64,000 nucleotides of DNA from Rhynchopus sp. YZ270_cl-10 (lineage: Eukaryota): positions 1,612,001 through 1,676,000 of the forward strand of contig OZ037847.1 in the NCBI GenBank assembly GCA_964035575.1. Direction: 5' to 3'. The position numbers were made by a program, and so were the translations under genes. Below the pieces are notes generated by a model. That model worked only from the letters and a program-made list of their open reading frames with translations. It did no database searches and had not been told where the DNA came from. Below are positions 26,519-39,374 of this stretch, in pieces (the first letter of the stretch is position 1; each line of letters starts with the position of its first letter).

Positions 26519-29098
26519 ATGGCAACCAGTCTTAACTTAGATGTCGCGAAGGCCCCGAAGCTGAAGCTAGAAAGCGTGGTGGGCTTTGGTGGGAGTGTTG
26601 AAGGGGGGATGCACATTCATCCTGATGGGAAGCACCTTGTGTACACGTTGGGGTCGTGCTTGGTCATCCGCGAGATCGGGAACCCACGAGCAAACGAATT
26701 CCTCTTGGGACACAGCGACAAAGTGAACTGCGTCGCGATCAGCAAAAGCGGGCAGTACATTGCCTCAGGGCAGACAACGCATATGGGCTTCCAGGCAGAC
26801 ATCTGTGTCTTTGAGTACGCCACGCAGAAGCTCATCTTCCGCATGACGCTGCACAAGGTCAAGGTGCAGGCTCTTGCCTTCTCGCAGGATGAGAGCTACC
26901 TGGCGTCCCTCGGCGGGCAGGACGACAACACGCTTGTTGTGTGGGACCTCAGCACCGGACGTCCTCTCTGCGGTGGGCCTGCCTCGTCTGACCTCTCGAT
27001 GTGCATCTCCTTCCTGAACAACAGCAACACAAAGCTGGTGACAGGTGGGCAGGGTGTTCTCAGGGTGTGGAACGTCGACGTCGTGAACAGAAAGATCCAC
27101 CCCACAGATGTGAACCTCGGGCAGACGCGACGCGTGTGCAAAACAATCGCCATCGAGAAGAGCGACCGCTACGCCTACGTCGGCACGTCCACAGGCGACA
27201 TCATGTGTGTGCAGCTTGGTGCCAGCAACGACTCCAAAGAGGCAAAGTGTGCACTCAAGTTCCAGGGCCCCACGAAGAACCTTGTGCAGGGCATCAACTG
27301 CAGTGCGTTGACCGACAGCGGTGACCTGCTTGTGGGTTCAGGTGGCGGTGAAGTCGTGCTTCTCAGTGCACGCGACCTGAAGGTGCTGAAGACGATCCGC
27401 CTGCAAGGTGCCGTCACGTCTGTGGCAGCGCACGGCGACCACTACTTCATCGGGACCAGCAAGAGCAACGTGTACTACCTCAACTCACGGACGTTCAAGG
27501 AGGAGCTGCGGCAGACGTGCCACTACGAGCGCATCAACGACATCGCCTACCCATACGGCTACAGCGAGCTCTTCGCAACGTGCTCCAACCACGATATCAG
27601 GATATGGAACGCACGCACCAGCCAAGAGCTGCTCCGCATCCAGGTTGCAAACCTTGAGTGCAACGCAGTCTGCTTCACAAAGGACGGCAAAGCGATTGTC
27701 AGCGGCTGGAGCGACGGTAAGATCCGAGCGTTCGGCCCCCAGTCGGGCAAGCTGGTATGCCCCCATTTTATTCCTTTCCACATTCAACCAACACAGCTCT
27801 ACGTGATACACGATGCACACAAGATCGAAGGCATGAAGCGCATCAGCGGGTCTCTCACTGGCGTGACTGCGTTGTGTGTGGACAACAGCAACCAACGCAT
27901 CCTTAGTGGAGGTGCTGATTCGCAGGTACGTGTCTGGAAGATCACGGCACACTCGCAAACGATGGAGGCAAGCATGAAGGAGCACAAGGCAACGGTGAAC
28001 TCGATATGCATCAGGAGTGGCGACAATGAGTGTGTCAGTGCGAGCGATGACGGCAGTTGCATTGTGTGGGACCTCACACGCTTCATGCGTCGCGGCATCA
28101 TGTACGCACAGACGTACTTCAAGGTATAGACACCCACTCACTCACTCACTCACTCACTCACTCACTCACTCACTCACTCACTCACTCACTCACTCACTCA
28201 CTCACTCACTCACTCACTCACTCACTCACTCACTCACTCACTCACTCACTCACTCACTCACTCACTCACTCACTCACTCACTCACTCACTCACTCACTCA
28301 CTCACTCACTCACTCACTCACTCACTCACTCACTCACTCACTCACTCACCACGCATCCTACCATCACAGTCCACGCAATACTTCCCCGACGAATCGCAAA
28401 TCCTAACCACCGGCTCCGACAAGAAGATCACCTACTGGGACGCCTTTGAGTGTAGTGCTATCAGAGAGCTCGAAGGCTCCAAGGTCGGGGAGGTCAACAC
28501 AATGGACATCAGCCCAGATGGTAAGCAGTTTGTGACGGGTGGGGCTGACAAGGTCTTGAAGCTTTGGGACTACGATGATGGCGAGGCCGTGCAGGTTTGT
28601 GCATTTTTTATCCCTTTTTTTACAACAACTTTGCATGGGGGACATCGTTCATATGTCTTCTGTTCACACATAACCTCAACACCACAACAGGTCGGGCTTG
28701 GTCACTCAGGGAACATACAAAAGGCGAAGTTCAGCCCCAACGGCGAAGTCGTCGTCTCCGTAGGTGAGGAAGGAGGCATCTTCATTTGGAGGGTATGTTG
28801 CTTCTAAACCCGTTTCTTGCGTTAGGGGAAAACCCTGCAAAATATAACAACAACAAACAAAACAAGAGCACAAAGCAATTCGGAACCTTCATGATAACCC
28901 TTTCAAACCCCCTCTTGAGTACGTGGGAACGACCCCCTCAAGGGTGTCCGCTGTGACTTAAGCCTCCTCTCATTGTGCAATGCTTCTTAACTCTTAGGAA
29001 CTACCCACTCTTGCTTTCAAACACTCACAATACACACCAATTTCCAACAGATTGATCGTGAGAACGGTGGTCTCCAGTCACCACAGCAGGTGCAATAG
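26519..29098 (+). CDS. CFAP52: Cilia- and flagella-associated protein 52 (WD40)
   Basis: LKLESVVGFGG, YIASGQTTHMGFQADI, LHKVKVQAL, SGWSDGKIRAFGPQSGKL and PDESQILTTGSDKKI are characteristic. Exons 26519-27754, 27797-28123, 28370-28594, 28691-28792, probable last exon 29051-29098. Confidence 0.93.
28135..28349 (+). repeat. (CACT)n microsatellite, about 53 units, in CFAP52 intron 2
   Basis: Uninterrupted tetranucleotide array read directly from the sequence. Confidence 0.98.
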
Positions 29099-30183
29099 TA
29101 GTGATAATAGCACCCCGCAAAAAGGTGTTCAATACAACACAGCAAAAGGAGTTATAGTATGAAGTGAGGCACCATGGTGTAATGGCGAGAAATAAAAACA
29201 ATGACAGCAATAAACAAAAAATAAAATACAGTAAAGTAAATGTGCTCTGAAGGTTTCCACCAATGCACACAGGGATAATTTTGTCTTTTTTTTTTTATTT
29301 ATTTTCTCGGTGTCTGCGTCCCGAGAGGCGTTTGCACTTACAGCTTCGTTTTCCCATTTCTATTTCAGCATGTTCTGTGTCTCTCCCAGCACAGCATTTT
29401 TTTTTAAAGTCATCCTCAGTTCTACACAAAACCTACCGTTCATCTGAAACAAAAAAAACAATGCAATATCGTGAAGAAGTGTTCTTGAGTACTGTCCCAC
29501 TATTGCATCCAGAGTATTCACAAATTCCCCCGCGCCGGGTCCTTTCATGGCGGCTACACTAAAACAGAGTTTTAAAAAAAGAAACAGGTCTTTTTATTGT
29601 TTTGAGGGGAGCTGAAGGAGAAGAAAACGAAGAAAAAAAAAATTAGGTGGGCAACTTTTTTGCTGTGTTTATTTTATAATTGGGTGGTTTTTCTTCAATG
29701 TTGTTGGAGGTGACTAAGCGCGAGAAGCCTTACGTTCATCTCACCAACTTGCTTTTTAGTCGGTCGAACACGTCACGTTCATCGAACGAATTCCTGAAAC
29801 ACTAAATGAAGTAAAGTTTGCAAAACCCTATTACCCCTTCGTACATAACAAACAAGGAGAGCAAGAGTGGGGTGGGCTGGGTGAGTACCCCCTAACACCT
29901 GCCTTTAACACCCACCCAACCAAAGTGTTCATACGAAAGGGGGGCGTTTTTTTTAGAATTTAGAAGAAAACCTAAAAAAGATCACTACACAAAAATAGCC
30001 TTTCCCCCCCCTCCCGGGCCCTCCCGCTCCACTCCCTTCCTTCTCGTCCGTTTTTTTATTTATTCTTTTCTAAAAAAAAACTTCCAACCAAATGGAGAAT
30101 TACCCGCGACACACCCCCAATAAAAAAGCACCCATATTTTTCCCCATCATTTTCCTTCATCGCTCAAAAGAGGGACGTCACTA

Positions 30184-30838
30184 CACGACGGTGAAGTAAC
30201 GGGTGTTACAAGTGGAGTTACATGTAACTTTTGTTACATGTACAGTCATCCAACAAACGTTGGTGGGTAAAAACGTTGGTGGGTAAAAAGGTTGGTGGGG
30301 TAAAAACGTTGGTGGATTTGGGGTCTCGAAAAAATTTGGTGGGTTTTTTGGATTAGAACTGCATTTTTGAGTTTCCTTTACGTGGACCCTATGACCCTCC
30401 TCCCCTCCCCCACTTCCACCCAAACCCGGTCCAGATTGAAAAAATAATACCGCAAAAGTAAAAAAAGATGCCCCCATATACAAAACCTGCCGCAGGTTTA
30501 CACCGTCAATGTTGCACTTTTGGGTTTGCGGGTACATGGTAAACACAGGTTAGAAACCACTAAGGTTGGTGGGTAAAAAGGTTGGTGGGGTAAAAACGTT
30601 GGTGGGTTTGGAGTCTCGAAAAAAATTGGTGGGTTTTTACCCCACCAACCTTTGTTGGATGACTGTAACCCACTTGTAACGTTACATGTACCACCACCAA
30701 GAACCACTGAACTTCACCTAATGTCAGGCAAAATCAGGTGGTGGTACATGTAACTTACATGTAACCCACTTGTAACGGTTTTTTACTTGTAACGTTACGA
30801 GTAACTTCACTTGTAATGTAACATACTTCACCGTCGTG
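30184..30838. mobile_element. CACG-type MITE carrying a nested element
   Basis: Perfect TIR CACGACGGTGAAGTA, TA on both flanks, internal GTAAC/GTTAC repeats. Confidence 0.9.
30243..30665. mobile_element. Nested Tc1/mariner-type MITE
   Basis: TIR CAGTCATCCAACAAA(C/G)GTTGGTGGG, TA TSD, and 16-17-bp subterminal repeats AAAA(C/G)GTTGGTGGG(G)T. Confidence 0.88.
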
Positions 30839-30886
30839 TACCTTTCTCTTCCCCCCTCCCCCTTTCCTCCTCTCACATTTCTTGGT

Positions 30887-30941
30887 AAGGTGACTAAGAC
30901 GAGAGGCTTAGGGTCATCTTATAAACTTTTCTTTCTTGTAG
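30887..30941 (+). promoter_or_regulatory. Family A stem-loop plus ATAAAC-polypyrimidine-AG, probable trans-splice acceptor of HPF1
   Basis: AAGGTGACTAAG-ACGAGAGG-CTTAGGGTCATCTT-ATAAAC-TTTTCTTTCTTGTAG, 28 nt upstream of the HPF1 ATG. One of about 20 same-strand copies. Confidence 0.55.
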
Positions 30942-30969
30942 ATTACACTAAACAACTCTTCTCTTTGCG

Positions 30970-32455
30970 ATGGAGGGTCCGCCAAAGAAGAAGATGCGTG
31001 GGTCTCCTGTTAAGGGGTCACCACTGAAGGGGTCACCGAAGAAGGATGCAAAGGGAAAGGGTTCTCCGAAGAAGACAGTGACGGTTACAACACCACCGCA
31101 GCATGCGTCGGAGGCGCCCTTGACACCGCCGGCACCGACGTTGGGGTCGCCGGCAAAGCATGGGTCTCCTTTGGCACCGACACTGTCGCCACCTGGGTCG
31201 CCTCGGGTGGTGGGGGAGGATGATGTGAAGGGTGCTTTGGAGGATGCGTACGGCATGCCCATGCCTGCAGAGCTGGCTGCGGTGTGGTCCATCGCGTTGC
31301 GGTGCAGAGCAAAGTCACCTGTCGAGGCATTCGCCTCCCTCGGGGTACGTCTTGTGGGCCCCTTCGAAGTGTTAAGTGGCCACCTCGCATCAGACATCGA
31401 TGTGCATATGCAGTGGCGCTACAAACACGATCCTCCAGAGACAATGACAGTCCTCACAGACGCAACAACGAACCGCCCAGTGAAGCATTGGTGCTATCAT
31501 AGGGACGACCCAGCGAAGCTTCCCACCATGGTTGTCAAAGGGAACAAAGGTATGGGAAATTTTTTAAAAAGGATTATTTTGTTTCAAACCACACCACACA
31601 GGACATACCTTTACTATAGAAGGTGCCTCGCTTTTGGGTGTGTTATTAGGCCTCAGCAAGGAGACGAAGGTACCTTTTTTCATCCCATTTTCCCCTCCCC
31701 GAATTTCAGTATTTTTTTTTTTATGCGACGCAAAGAAAAAATACGAGGCAGTTCATATCACCTTTTTTTTCCTCTCATTTCCAGAACGACAGCACTGCAA
31801 CACCTCGCACCACATTCCCCTTTCCTAAAGTGACTAAGCACGAGAGGCTTAGGATCATCTTACAAACTTTTCTTTCCCTTCCCATCAGGATACCAAACTG
31901 ACCAGCCTTCTTAGCGACGCTTTAGGCAAAAAAAAGGAGCCGGGATCACGCGCCGTACGCGATGCGCGGTACAAACAGAGCTTGGGACGGCCTTTTAGTG
32001 GTCTGGGTATTAGTGTACCGTATGATAAGAAGACGGAAGTGGGGTATCGGGGACTGGGCATGGAGGGGGCGAGGCTGAGGGAGCTGGCAGAGGCGATGCA
32101 GGTGGCGGAGGCACCTAAGAAGCAGGACACAGCGGACTATGGGGAGCTGTGCACCTTCTGTGACATTGCGAACGACGAAGGCGATTTTGGCCATGCTCTC
32201 GAAGTCGGGCTCGACTTCTTCGCGCTCGCAACCGGCGACACCGTCATCCACAGAGAAGCCCTGCGGCTCCTCGATGTTGCCTATATGCTTCTCGGTCGCC
32301 AGCTCTTCCGCAGCACCATCACAAAGCTCATGGCCTTCCGCAGCGACCCCAGCAACCCCCCAGTGTGCAAAGGCATGAAAAAGCAAACCCTCCCCCTCGC
32401 GCACCCTAGCATTTCCCAAACACTCAGCTTCATGGGAGGACCCTCCAATTTGTAG
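30970..32455 (+). CDS. HPF1: Histone PARylation factor 1, 3 exons
   Basis: VGPFEVL, WRYKHDPPE, YHRDDP, FSGLGISVPYDKKTEVGYRGL and ANDEGDFGHALEVGLDFF match HPF1 motifs. Exons 30970-31549, 31602-31669, 31889-32455. Confidence 0.88.
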
Positions 32456-33620
32456 GGGTGAGGGAAGGAGGGAGGGAGGGTGGAGTACATCGTTGAAGGT
32501 GGTGTTGTTAATACTATTTCCCATGGTTAGTTAGCCAAAGAAAGCTGTGCTGCTTTTTTTTTTGGGAGGAGGGGCATGGTGTCATGCTTGTGTACATATC
32601 TTAGGAGCGTGTTTTTTTTCACAAAAAAAGAAGAAGTGAATTCAACCATTTTTCCGTTTCGCGATTTGCTCCCAGTTTGTTTTAGAATCAACAATATGTA
32701 AAGGTTTGATAGTAGGGATCGGAGGGGGTGAGAGTGTTTGGGGAAAAGAAAAAAAAACAAGAATTGGGTCAATCCAGACCCTCAGTTTAGTTGCCAAAAA
32801 AAAAAGGTAGTTTGTTTTTGCCACGATTTTCAGAGCATGTATAAGAAGTGAGATTGTGGATTTTTTCCCCTTTCTCCGCATTTCTTTAAATGGATGCATG
32901 TTTTTTATAGATGCTAACATACGTATTTTTTGTGGTGTTTATTTCCCCCATTTTTTTGTCTTAATCCCTTCTAGAAGAGGGGGTTTGTTTATTAGTATAT
33001 CGGTGACTAAGCACGAGGCTTTTTTCCACCTTTACAAAACTTTTTTATTTTTATTTTACAGAACATTCACTTTCCCTTTTTTCTCTGGGGATCTGACTCG
33101 CGTTCTTCCCTGTGTGACAAGACAATGCCTGCAGGGGGCAAATCCCGCCCTCTTGTGTTTGCGGATTTTTGTTTTGTCTCCTCCTCTCCCCCTCTCCCCT
33201 CCTCCCATCCATCCCACACCCAACGAAAGAAACACTGTTCCATATTTTTCCTCTACCGCGGTTTTTTGGCATACACACACACATAGTGCCAACACTACAC
33301 CAAAGCAGGTTCTTGAGGACTGCAGCCCAACAAAAGTCACTGCCTAAAAGCACTGCCACCGATTTCTGCTCCGTGTTTCACTGTTAGTGAATTGCATTGG
33401 CAGGACTCAGGTGTGTCCTCCTTTCTTCGTAGAGGCGCTTTGCAAACGCTCAAAGCAGTGCATGCGGCTGGCGCTGTACGATACCGATACCGGTAGTGAA
33501 GAAGGGTGCCTCCCGACAAAACCTTTATTTCCCCTTTTTTTTGAATCTACTGTTCCACCACCACCCCTTACCCCTTCACAACACCAAAAAGGGGGTTATC
33601 AACAACAACACAAAAGAACC

Positions 33621-35153
33621 ATGCTCTCCATGACGAAACCCCCGGAGGAGCAGAAGGCGACTGGGATCTTCAGCAAGTTCATGAAGAAGGTCGACGGATG
33701 CGACGTGGAGCTGTCCTTCAAGGGGAAGGAGCAGAAGGACATGGTGCAGGTGGACGACCGGTATGTACCCCACACACACACCCCCTCTCTGGGAAGCATG
33801 CCTCCGCTGGGATTTTAAAATTTGATGTAATGCTACCTACTATTCCTTAACAGCCATGAGCACACCCGGCAGAAGATGTACCTGTTTGAGGGCAGCGAGG
33901 ACGTGGAAGGGTGCATCGAATTAAAGCCACGTGGGAAGCTTTCCCACCAAGGCATCACCATTGAGTTCACTGGTGTCATTACCATTGTGTCCGAAGGCAA
34001 GGAGGATTCGTTTGAGTTCTGCAAGCAGGAGAAGAAGATCCAGGAGGAGGGCGGCACACTGAGCGGGCCCACCCCGCTGCAGTTCAAGTTCACGACGGCA
34101 AAGGAGCACGACTCGTACCGTGGTATCACGGCGAAGGTGCAGTACTTCATCCGTCTCACCATCAAAAGGGCGGTCGTGAATATCACATTCCGTGAAGAGA
34201 TCTGGGTCTCGCTAATCGCAGAAGAGTTCCAGGGACTTCCGGACAGGTCGCAGGTATGGCATTGGGTGGTCTAGATACAGCTTGAACAGAACGGTGTGGA
34301 GGCTGTCTGGAAGCTGCACTAAACCAACAGATGGAAACGTGCTTTAAATTATTGGGCAAGGTTAGGTTATGCAGAACAACACACTCCACAAAAACAGGAC
34401 AAATCGTACGAACGTGAAACCGACTTTTCGAAGGGTGTGGGGATGGAGGTCGGAGTGGACGACAAACTTCACATTGAATTTAAGTACGACAAAAAGGTGT
34501 TCCATATCAAGGAAAGGGTTGTGGGACAGGTATGTGCACATTGTTTAGGCCCTGGACTCCTTCCTGCTTTTGGAAGTTTTGCTCAACTCTGAGACATCAA
34601 GCTGGCTCATTAAGAGCGGAACAGAAGGCTTTCTTCCTCTTCAATGGTTTTGAGAACATCTGTTGCATCAACTAATCCACACACCAAAACAGGTTGGGTT
34701 CAAAGTAGCAAAGCTTGACCTGCACTGGGGGGAGGTGAGTTTAGTGCGGAAGGAGTTCCTTCCCACTGGGCAGGGGAGCCAGACGTCGTTCGAACAAGAG
34801 ACGCTCCAAAAATTCGAGATCATGGACGGTCTGCCCGTGCCTGGTGAGGTTGTGCCTATCAGATTGTACCTCAACTCTGTGCCGCGTATCACCCCTTCCT
34901 ACGTGAGCGTGTGCAACAAGTTCTCCGTGAAGTACTTCGTCAACCTTGTTCTCGTCACAGGAGACGGCAAGAGGTATGTCAAGAAAGGGTAAAAACGACT
35001 GCTAAAAGCACGAACAAATTATCAAAAAAATCCCCCTTTTTGCACAGATTCTTCAAGCAGCAGGAGATCACACTCTACCGTCGCAGAGGGCAGGAGGCAC
35101 CCATTGGCATGATCATCGACCCCGAACAGGCAGTCAAGAAGTCTCCTGCATGA
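33621..35153 (+). CDS. VPS26: Retromer subunit VPS26, 5 exons
   Basis: HQGITIEFTG, MEVGVDDKLHIEFKYDK, FEIMDGLPVPGEVVPIRLYL and RFFKQQEITLYR. Exons 33621-33760, 33854-34253, 34398-34529, 34693-34973, 35048-35153. Confidence 0.93.
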
Positions 35154-36031
35154 GCTCCCAACATACCTCTTCTCTGCCTCGGGTCCTTTCGTGTCAAAGC
35201 CCACACAATAAATGAACCCCCTCAGTATTTTTTCCTCAGTGGAAAAGGCTGAGTGGGGTTGAAGGGATGGGATGTCTGTGGGTGAGGGTGGTGGGGGGAG
35301 GTGATCCAGAAAACATTGCTCACCTTTCCCCCCCCAGACCTGATCTCCGCTCCTCTCCCTTGGGTTTGTTTCTGGAATGTCTTCTCGCTTTTTAGTTTTT
35401 TTTTTTTGATAGGGTTAAAAAACCGTTACTGAGATGCAGGGAGGAGGGTGTACCGATGATTGGGATACAAAGTAAGATGTTTGAAATAAAGTTCCCAAAA
35501 CGAGCCAAAAAAGCAAAAAAAAAAAAATGTACACAACCCACTTGGCGATGTGTCGAAACAACAACTGCGACAACAACAAAACAAAAAAAAAAAAATCAAA
35601 ACAACACCCACCCTCGGGTACACCTGTCTCAACCTTTCCCGCATCTCTTTTTCCCATTATTATTTTTCTGTTTGAAGACAATAAAACGAGAGGGTTTTTC
35701 TACACTCTAATGTAGACACCTTTTGTCTTTATCATACCTTCTTTGAAATGATTCCTGCATCTATTTTGTGACTTAAGCGCGAGAAGCTTAGGATCATCTG
35801 ACCTTTTTTTCTTCTTTTTTTTTGCATTGTGCAACCCGACCGTGTCTTCGTGATAAACCTTGTTTCCCTTTTTTTCTATATTTTTTAGGTTCTTTTTTTA
35901 AGATACTTTTATAGGGGCTATTTTTTTTGTTGATTCGGGTCATTGAGGAAAGTTGTGTATCTTGGATGCGCAACTGCCTTTCAATAGTATTGGGGTATGG
36001 GGGGGGTGTAGTGATTGCTGTATTGGGACAA

Positions 36032-36099
36032 CTGCCCATCACAGTACTACACATCACAATACAGCTGTATTGTGATGTATTATGTATTGTGATGGGCAG
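36032..36099. mobile_element. 68-bp palindromic MITE-like element
   Basis: CTGCCCATCACAGTAC...GTATTGTGATGGGCAG centred on CAATACAGCTGTATTG. ATAT on the right flank. Partial copy at 54129. Confidence 0.6.
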
Positions 36100-37822
36100 A
36101 TATCACAATACATCCACCACTAAGTGTAGGGTGTGATATTCATTTGCAGGGCAACGCTACGTGTACCTTAAACCACGTCTTCCCTCTGCGAGAATGTCAT
36201 TTTTTTTCTTATATTTTTTTTTCAGCTGAAACTCCAAGGGTTTACAGTATTTCCAGTAGGTCCTTTCTTTTTCTTGTGTGTGGGTTCCCCCCCCCTTCCC
36301 CCCTTTCCCCCAGGAGTGTCTGGACTGGTTTTAAGTATATCTCTTCGCCCCTTTTTTTGAAGGGGGGGTTTTGTTTTGCTATTCCATGGATATGTGAAGT
36401 TGTGTGTTATTAAGGTGATGTGTGTACATTGTGAGGCACATTCGTCTTTATACGTTTTCTTTTTTTGCAGTTGAACCGTTCGCAGACGCTCCGTTTCCCA
36501 ACACGAAAAAAAAAAAGAAGAAGAAGAAGAAGAGAAACAAAAGACAAAAAAAAGAGCAAAATTACCAAAAAAAAAAAAAAGAAGCAAAAACAAAAAAAAG
36601 CAAAAAGGTTACTCTTTCTCTGGGGGGGATTCAAAAAAAAAAAGTAAAAAAATAACATTTTTTGGCAAAACGAAAAAATACAAAGTAAAAACGAAATATG
36701 GACTGGCCTTGTGTATCAATAGGTAGAGAGAGAATGTCTTCTCACGCACAACAACTGGGTAGGTGGAAATAGGCACACACACAACTCTGCCAACAACTTT
36801 CAAAAAAAGGACGAAACAAAAAAAGGGGGGAGTGATCATTCTTTGAGAACAACGTATTTTTCTAATTTTTTTTTCCAACCTTTCTTTTTTACCCTAAGAA
36901 AATGTATTGAAGACCCGCCTATTTTCACCAAGGTGGCTAAGGTGAGATTAGGTATCTTTAACTGCCCCCACCTTTCCCAGAGTGAAAAAAAACAACTAGA
37001 GTGGAGCTCATCCTCGGGTGTCTACAATCCCAAAAAGAACCAAAAAAAAGTGAGTGCGTAAAAAAGCAAACCTCCCTCGAAGTCTACACTAATCCAACCA
37101 AATTTTTCAAAACAACGAAGAAATGCAACTAGACTCATACAATGTAAGTACATACCAGCCTATGTGTTTATCATTGTTGCAGTTCTTTGTGTCCTTGTGT
37201 GTCCAGAAGGAATGTTGTAGAAACCATTTAAAAAACCCCCCGAAAAAAAAGGCGACACTGTGTACAGATCCTACCTCGGTAGGTGATTGTCGATACAACA
37301 AAAGGTGTCAAGGGACCAGCGCTCCTATTCGACTCTGCAGCCACACACTATGGGGATGAGGTGTGCTGTCTGTACCGTATCCCTCACCTTTTAGGGTGAC
37401 ATTTTGAGCACACAGCACGTATTTTGTTGGGTGATTGCTACGGTTTGCATCGTTTTCTTTTCATTTCCATTTTTTTTGGAAAACACAATTTGGGATTTTT
37501 AGTTGTCCACGCCCCGTGTGTGTTGTTTGTGTTGTGTGAAGTGAGCGTTCGACAAATCTTTTGCACATCTTCACATTTTTTTGTTGAGAGAACGATGTCC
37601 CCCAGGCCATACCTTGGCGAAAAAAAGGAGCTATTCGTTTTGCCTCTGAACCCCCCCGCCCCCCTTTCCCCCCCTCCCCCCTGCTTCTCCGTTTGTCGTT
37701 ATGTATACTGTCAAACCAAAAAGAAATGAATGGGGGGGTCTTCTTACTTTTGTCTTCCAATCCCACATTCCTCCCGACAAAACACTCATTTCTGTCGTAA
37801 CGCTCGGAGGACGTTATTTGGT

Positions 37823-37931
37823 CACGACGGTGAAGTAAATCTTCCGACTTGATTTGTGGTTTTAGTTGTGGTCGTTTAGTTGTCTTACAACGATGAAGCC
37901 ACAAATAAAAGTCATCTACTTCACCGTCGTG
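37823..37931. mobile_element. Short CACG-type MITE
   Basis: TIR CACGACGGTGAAGTA is perfect at both ends, but the flanks (GT/CA) do not form a TSD. Confidence 0.75.
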
Positions 37932-38523
37932 CAGAGCACCAAGACTATGTGGTGATCTGCTGTCGATATGCGTCGTCGAGAGCACTCCAGCACTCCCGCA
38001 CTCCCACGCACAACAATAAAACCCACCTACCCCCCAAACGACCTCTTCGCGATAACCACAAAACGACTTCATCTCTTCGTTACTTGTCATGTATCTTTTT
38101 TTCTGAACATCGCAAACATTTTTCACTACCCGTGTGAACACCTTCAAAAGGTGCTTTACTTACTTACTTCAAGTTGATACTCGTGGAATAGTTCATGACG
38201 GGGTCGTACCAAAGTAGTCATTTACAAAAATGGCGAGCTCCCTTTCTTTCGCGTTCGGTTTTGGCCGTAGTAAAAACAGAGCGACGATGTGCGCTATTCG
38301 AGCTGCTTCCTCAGTTAACCTAGAAATAGATGTAGGACTGCATGGGTTGGGTCCACCCACGGTGCGGTTATGTACCAAAGGTGCACTGGTTGGGGATTTT
38401 TTTTTGTATCTCAAGTCTAACTTCTGTCATCATCCCTAAATGGAGTCTGGTGTTCACTTCGGTTGTCTTTGGGTTTTGTTTTCAAAAACATTGATGCAGG
38501 TTGGGATAAGGCAGTACTACATA

Positions 38524-38919
38524 ATGGGAGGCAAAGGAAGTGAGCAGGTCGAGGTGGAGGCGCCGAAGGGCTTTGGCGCGTCCCTGATGCACAACCTGAT
38601 GACACCCGGCAGCAGCCTTACGTCCACAATGCAGATGATTGTGAACGTCATCTACGCTGTGCTCTTCTTCGTCATCTGTCTGTGCATCTACGGCGACTCG
38701 TCGTACATCCACTTCTACGGGATGATGGTGCTGCTTATTGGGTTGATATGCACCACAAATTGGTATGCCATATGTCCATGTTCTCCCAAAAAGCCAGATT
38801 GAGGTTCCCAATAATTTGTTCAAACAAAACAAAAATGCCACAGGTTTTTCATGTTGGTTCTTGCTGAGAACCCAGAAGGAGAGTCGGAAGCAACTGAGGA
38901 GGGGAAGAAGGACCAGTAG
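38524..38919 (+). CDS. Pkr1-like V-ATPase assembly factor, small 2-TM protein, 2 exons
   Basis: Exons 38524-38762 and 38844-38919. Pattern LMTPG...TM...IHF...TM..TNWF plus a charged tail resembles the Pkr1 family. Confidence 0.7.
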
Positions 38920-39374
38920 GATTGCGACTTTGGATTTTCTAATAATTTAGAAACCAACGAGGAGCGCATGAGGGAAGATTTGTGTACAGAAAGAAGTGTG
39001 TTGTGTGTTTTTGTTGTGTTTGTGTGTAGGTTTTTTTCTAGCTTTTTCTCGCGTATCTCGCTTTTAGGGGCAGGGAAGGGGCCAACGGGAAACGTAAAAC
39101 CGCACCAATACAAAAAAATAGTCAGGTGTAAACGAGTGTGGACCATTGTGCCCGCGTATCCATTTGTGGCCCCACCTCACTATCTTCTTTGCTAGCATGC
39201 GCAGAGCACTCGAAACGCAGTAAACGTCGTCATTTTGTCCACATAATATACTTTCCTCCGCTCTCCCTGCTCCATCCATGCCCACATCACTCACCATAGG
39301 GTCAAGCAGCCAAGTCACGCCCAGACCCCTTAGTTCCCTACCCCCACCACCCCCACCCCACCCCCCCACTCAAG

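Noticed and set aside
28017..28449. THSL-repeat ORFs
   Set aside because: They are translations of the intronic (CACT)n microsatellite.
30243..30665. Repeat array as a CRISPR-like locus
   Set aside because: No unique regular spacers and no cas genes. The repeats are subterminal motifs inside TIRs with a TA TSD.
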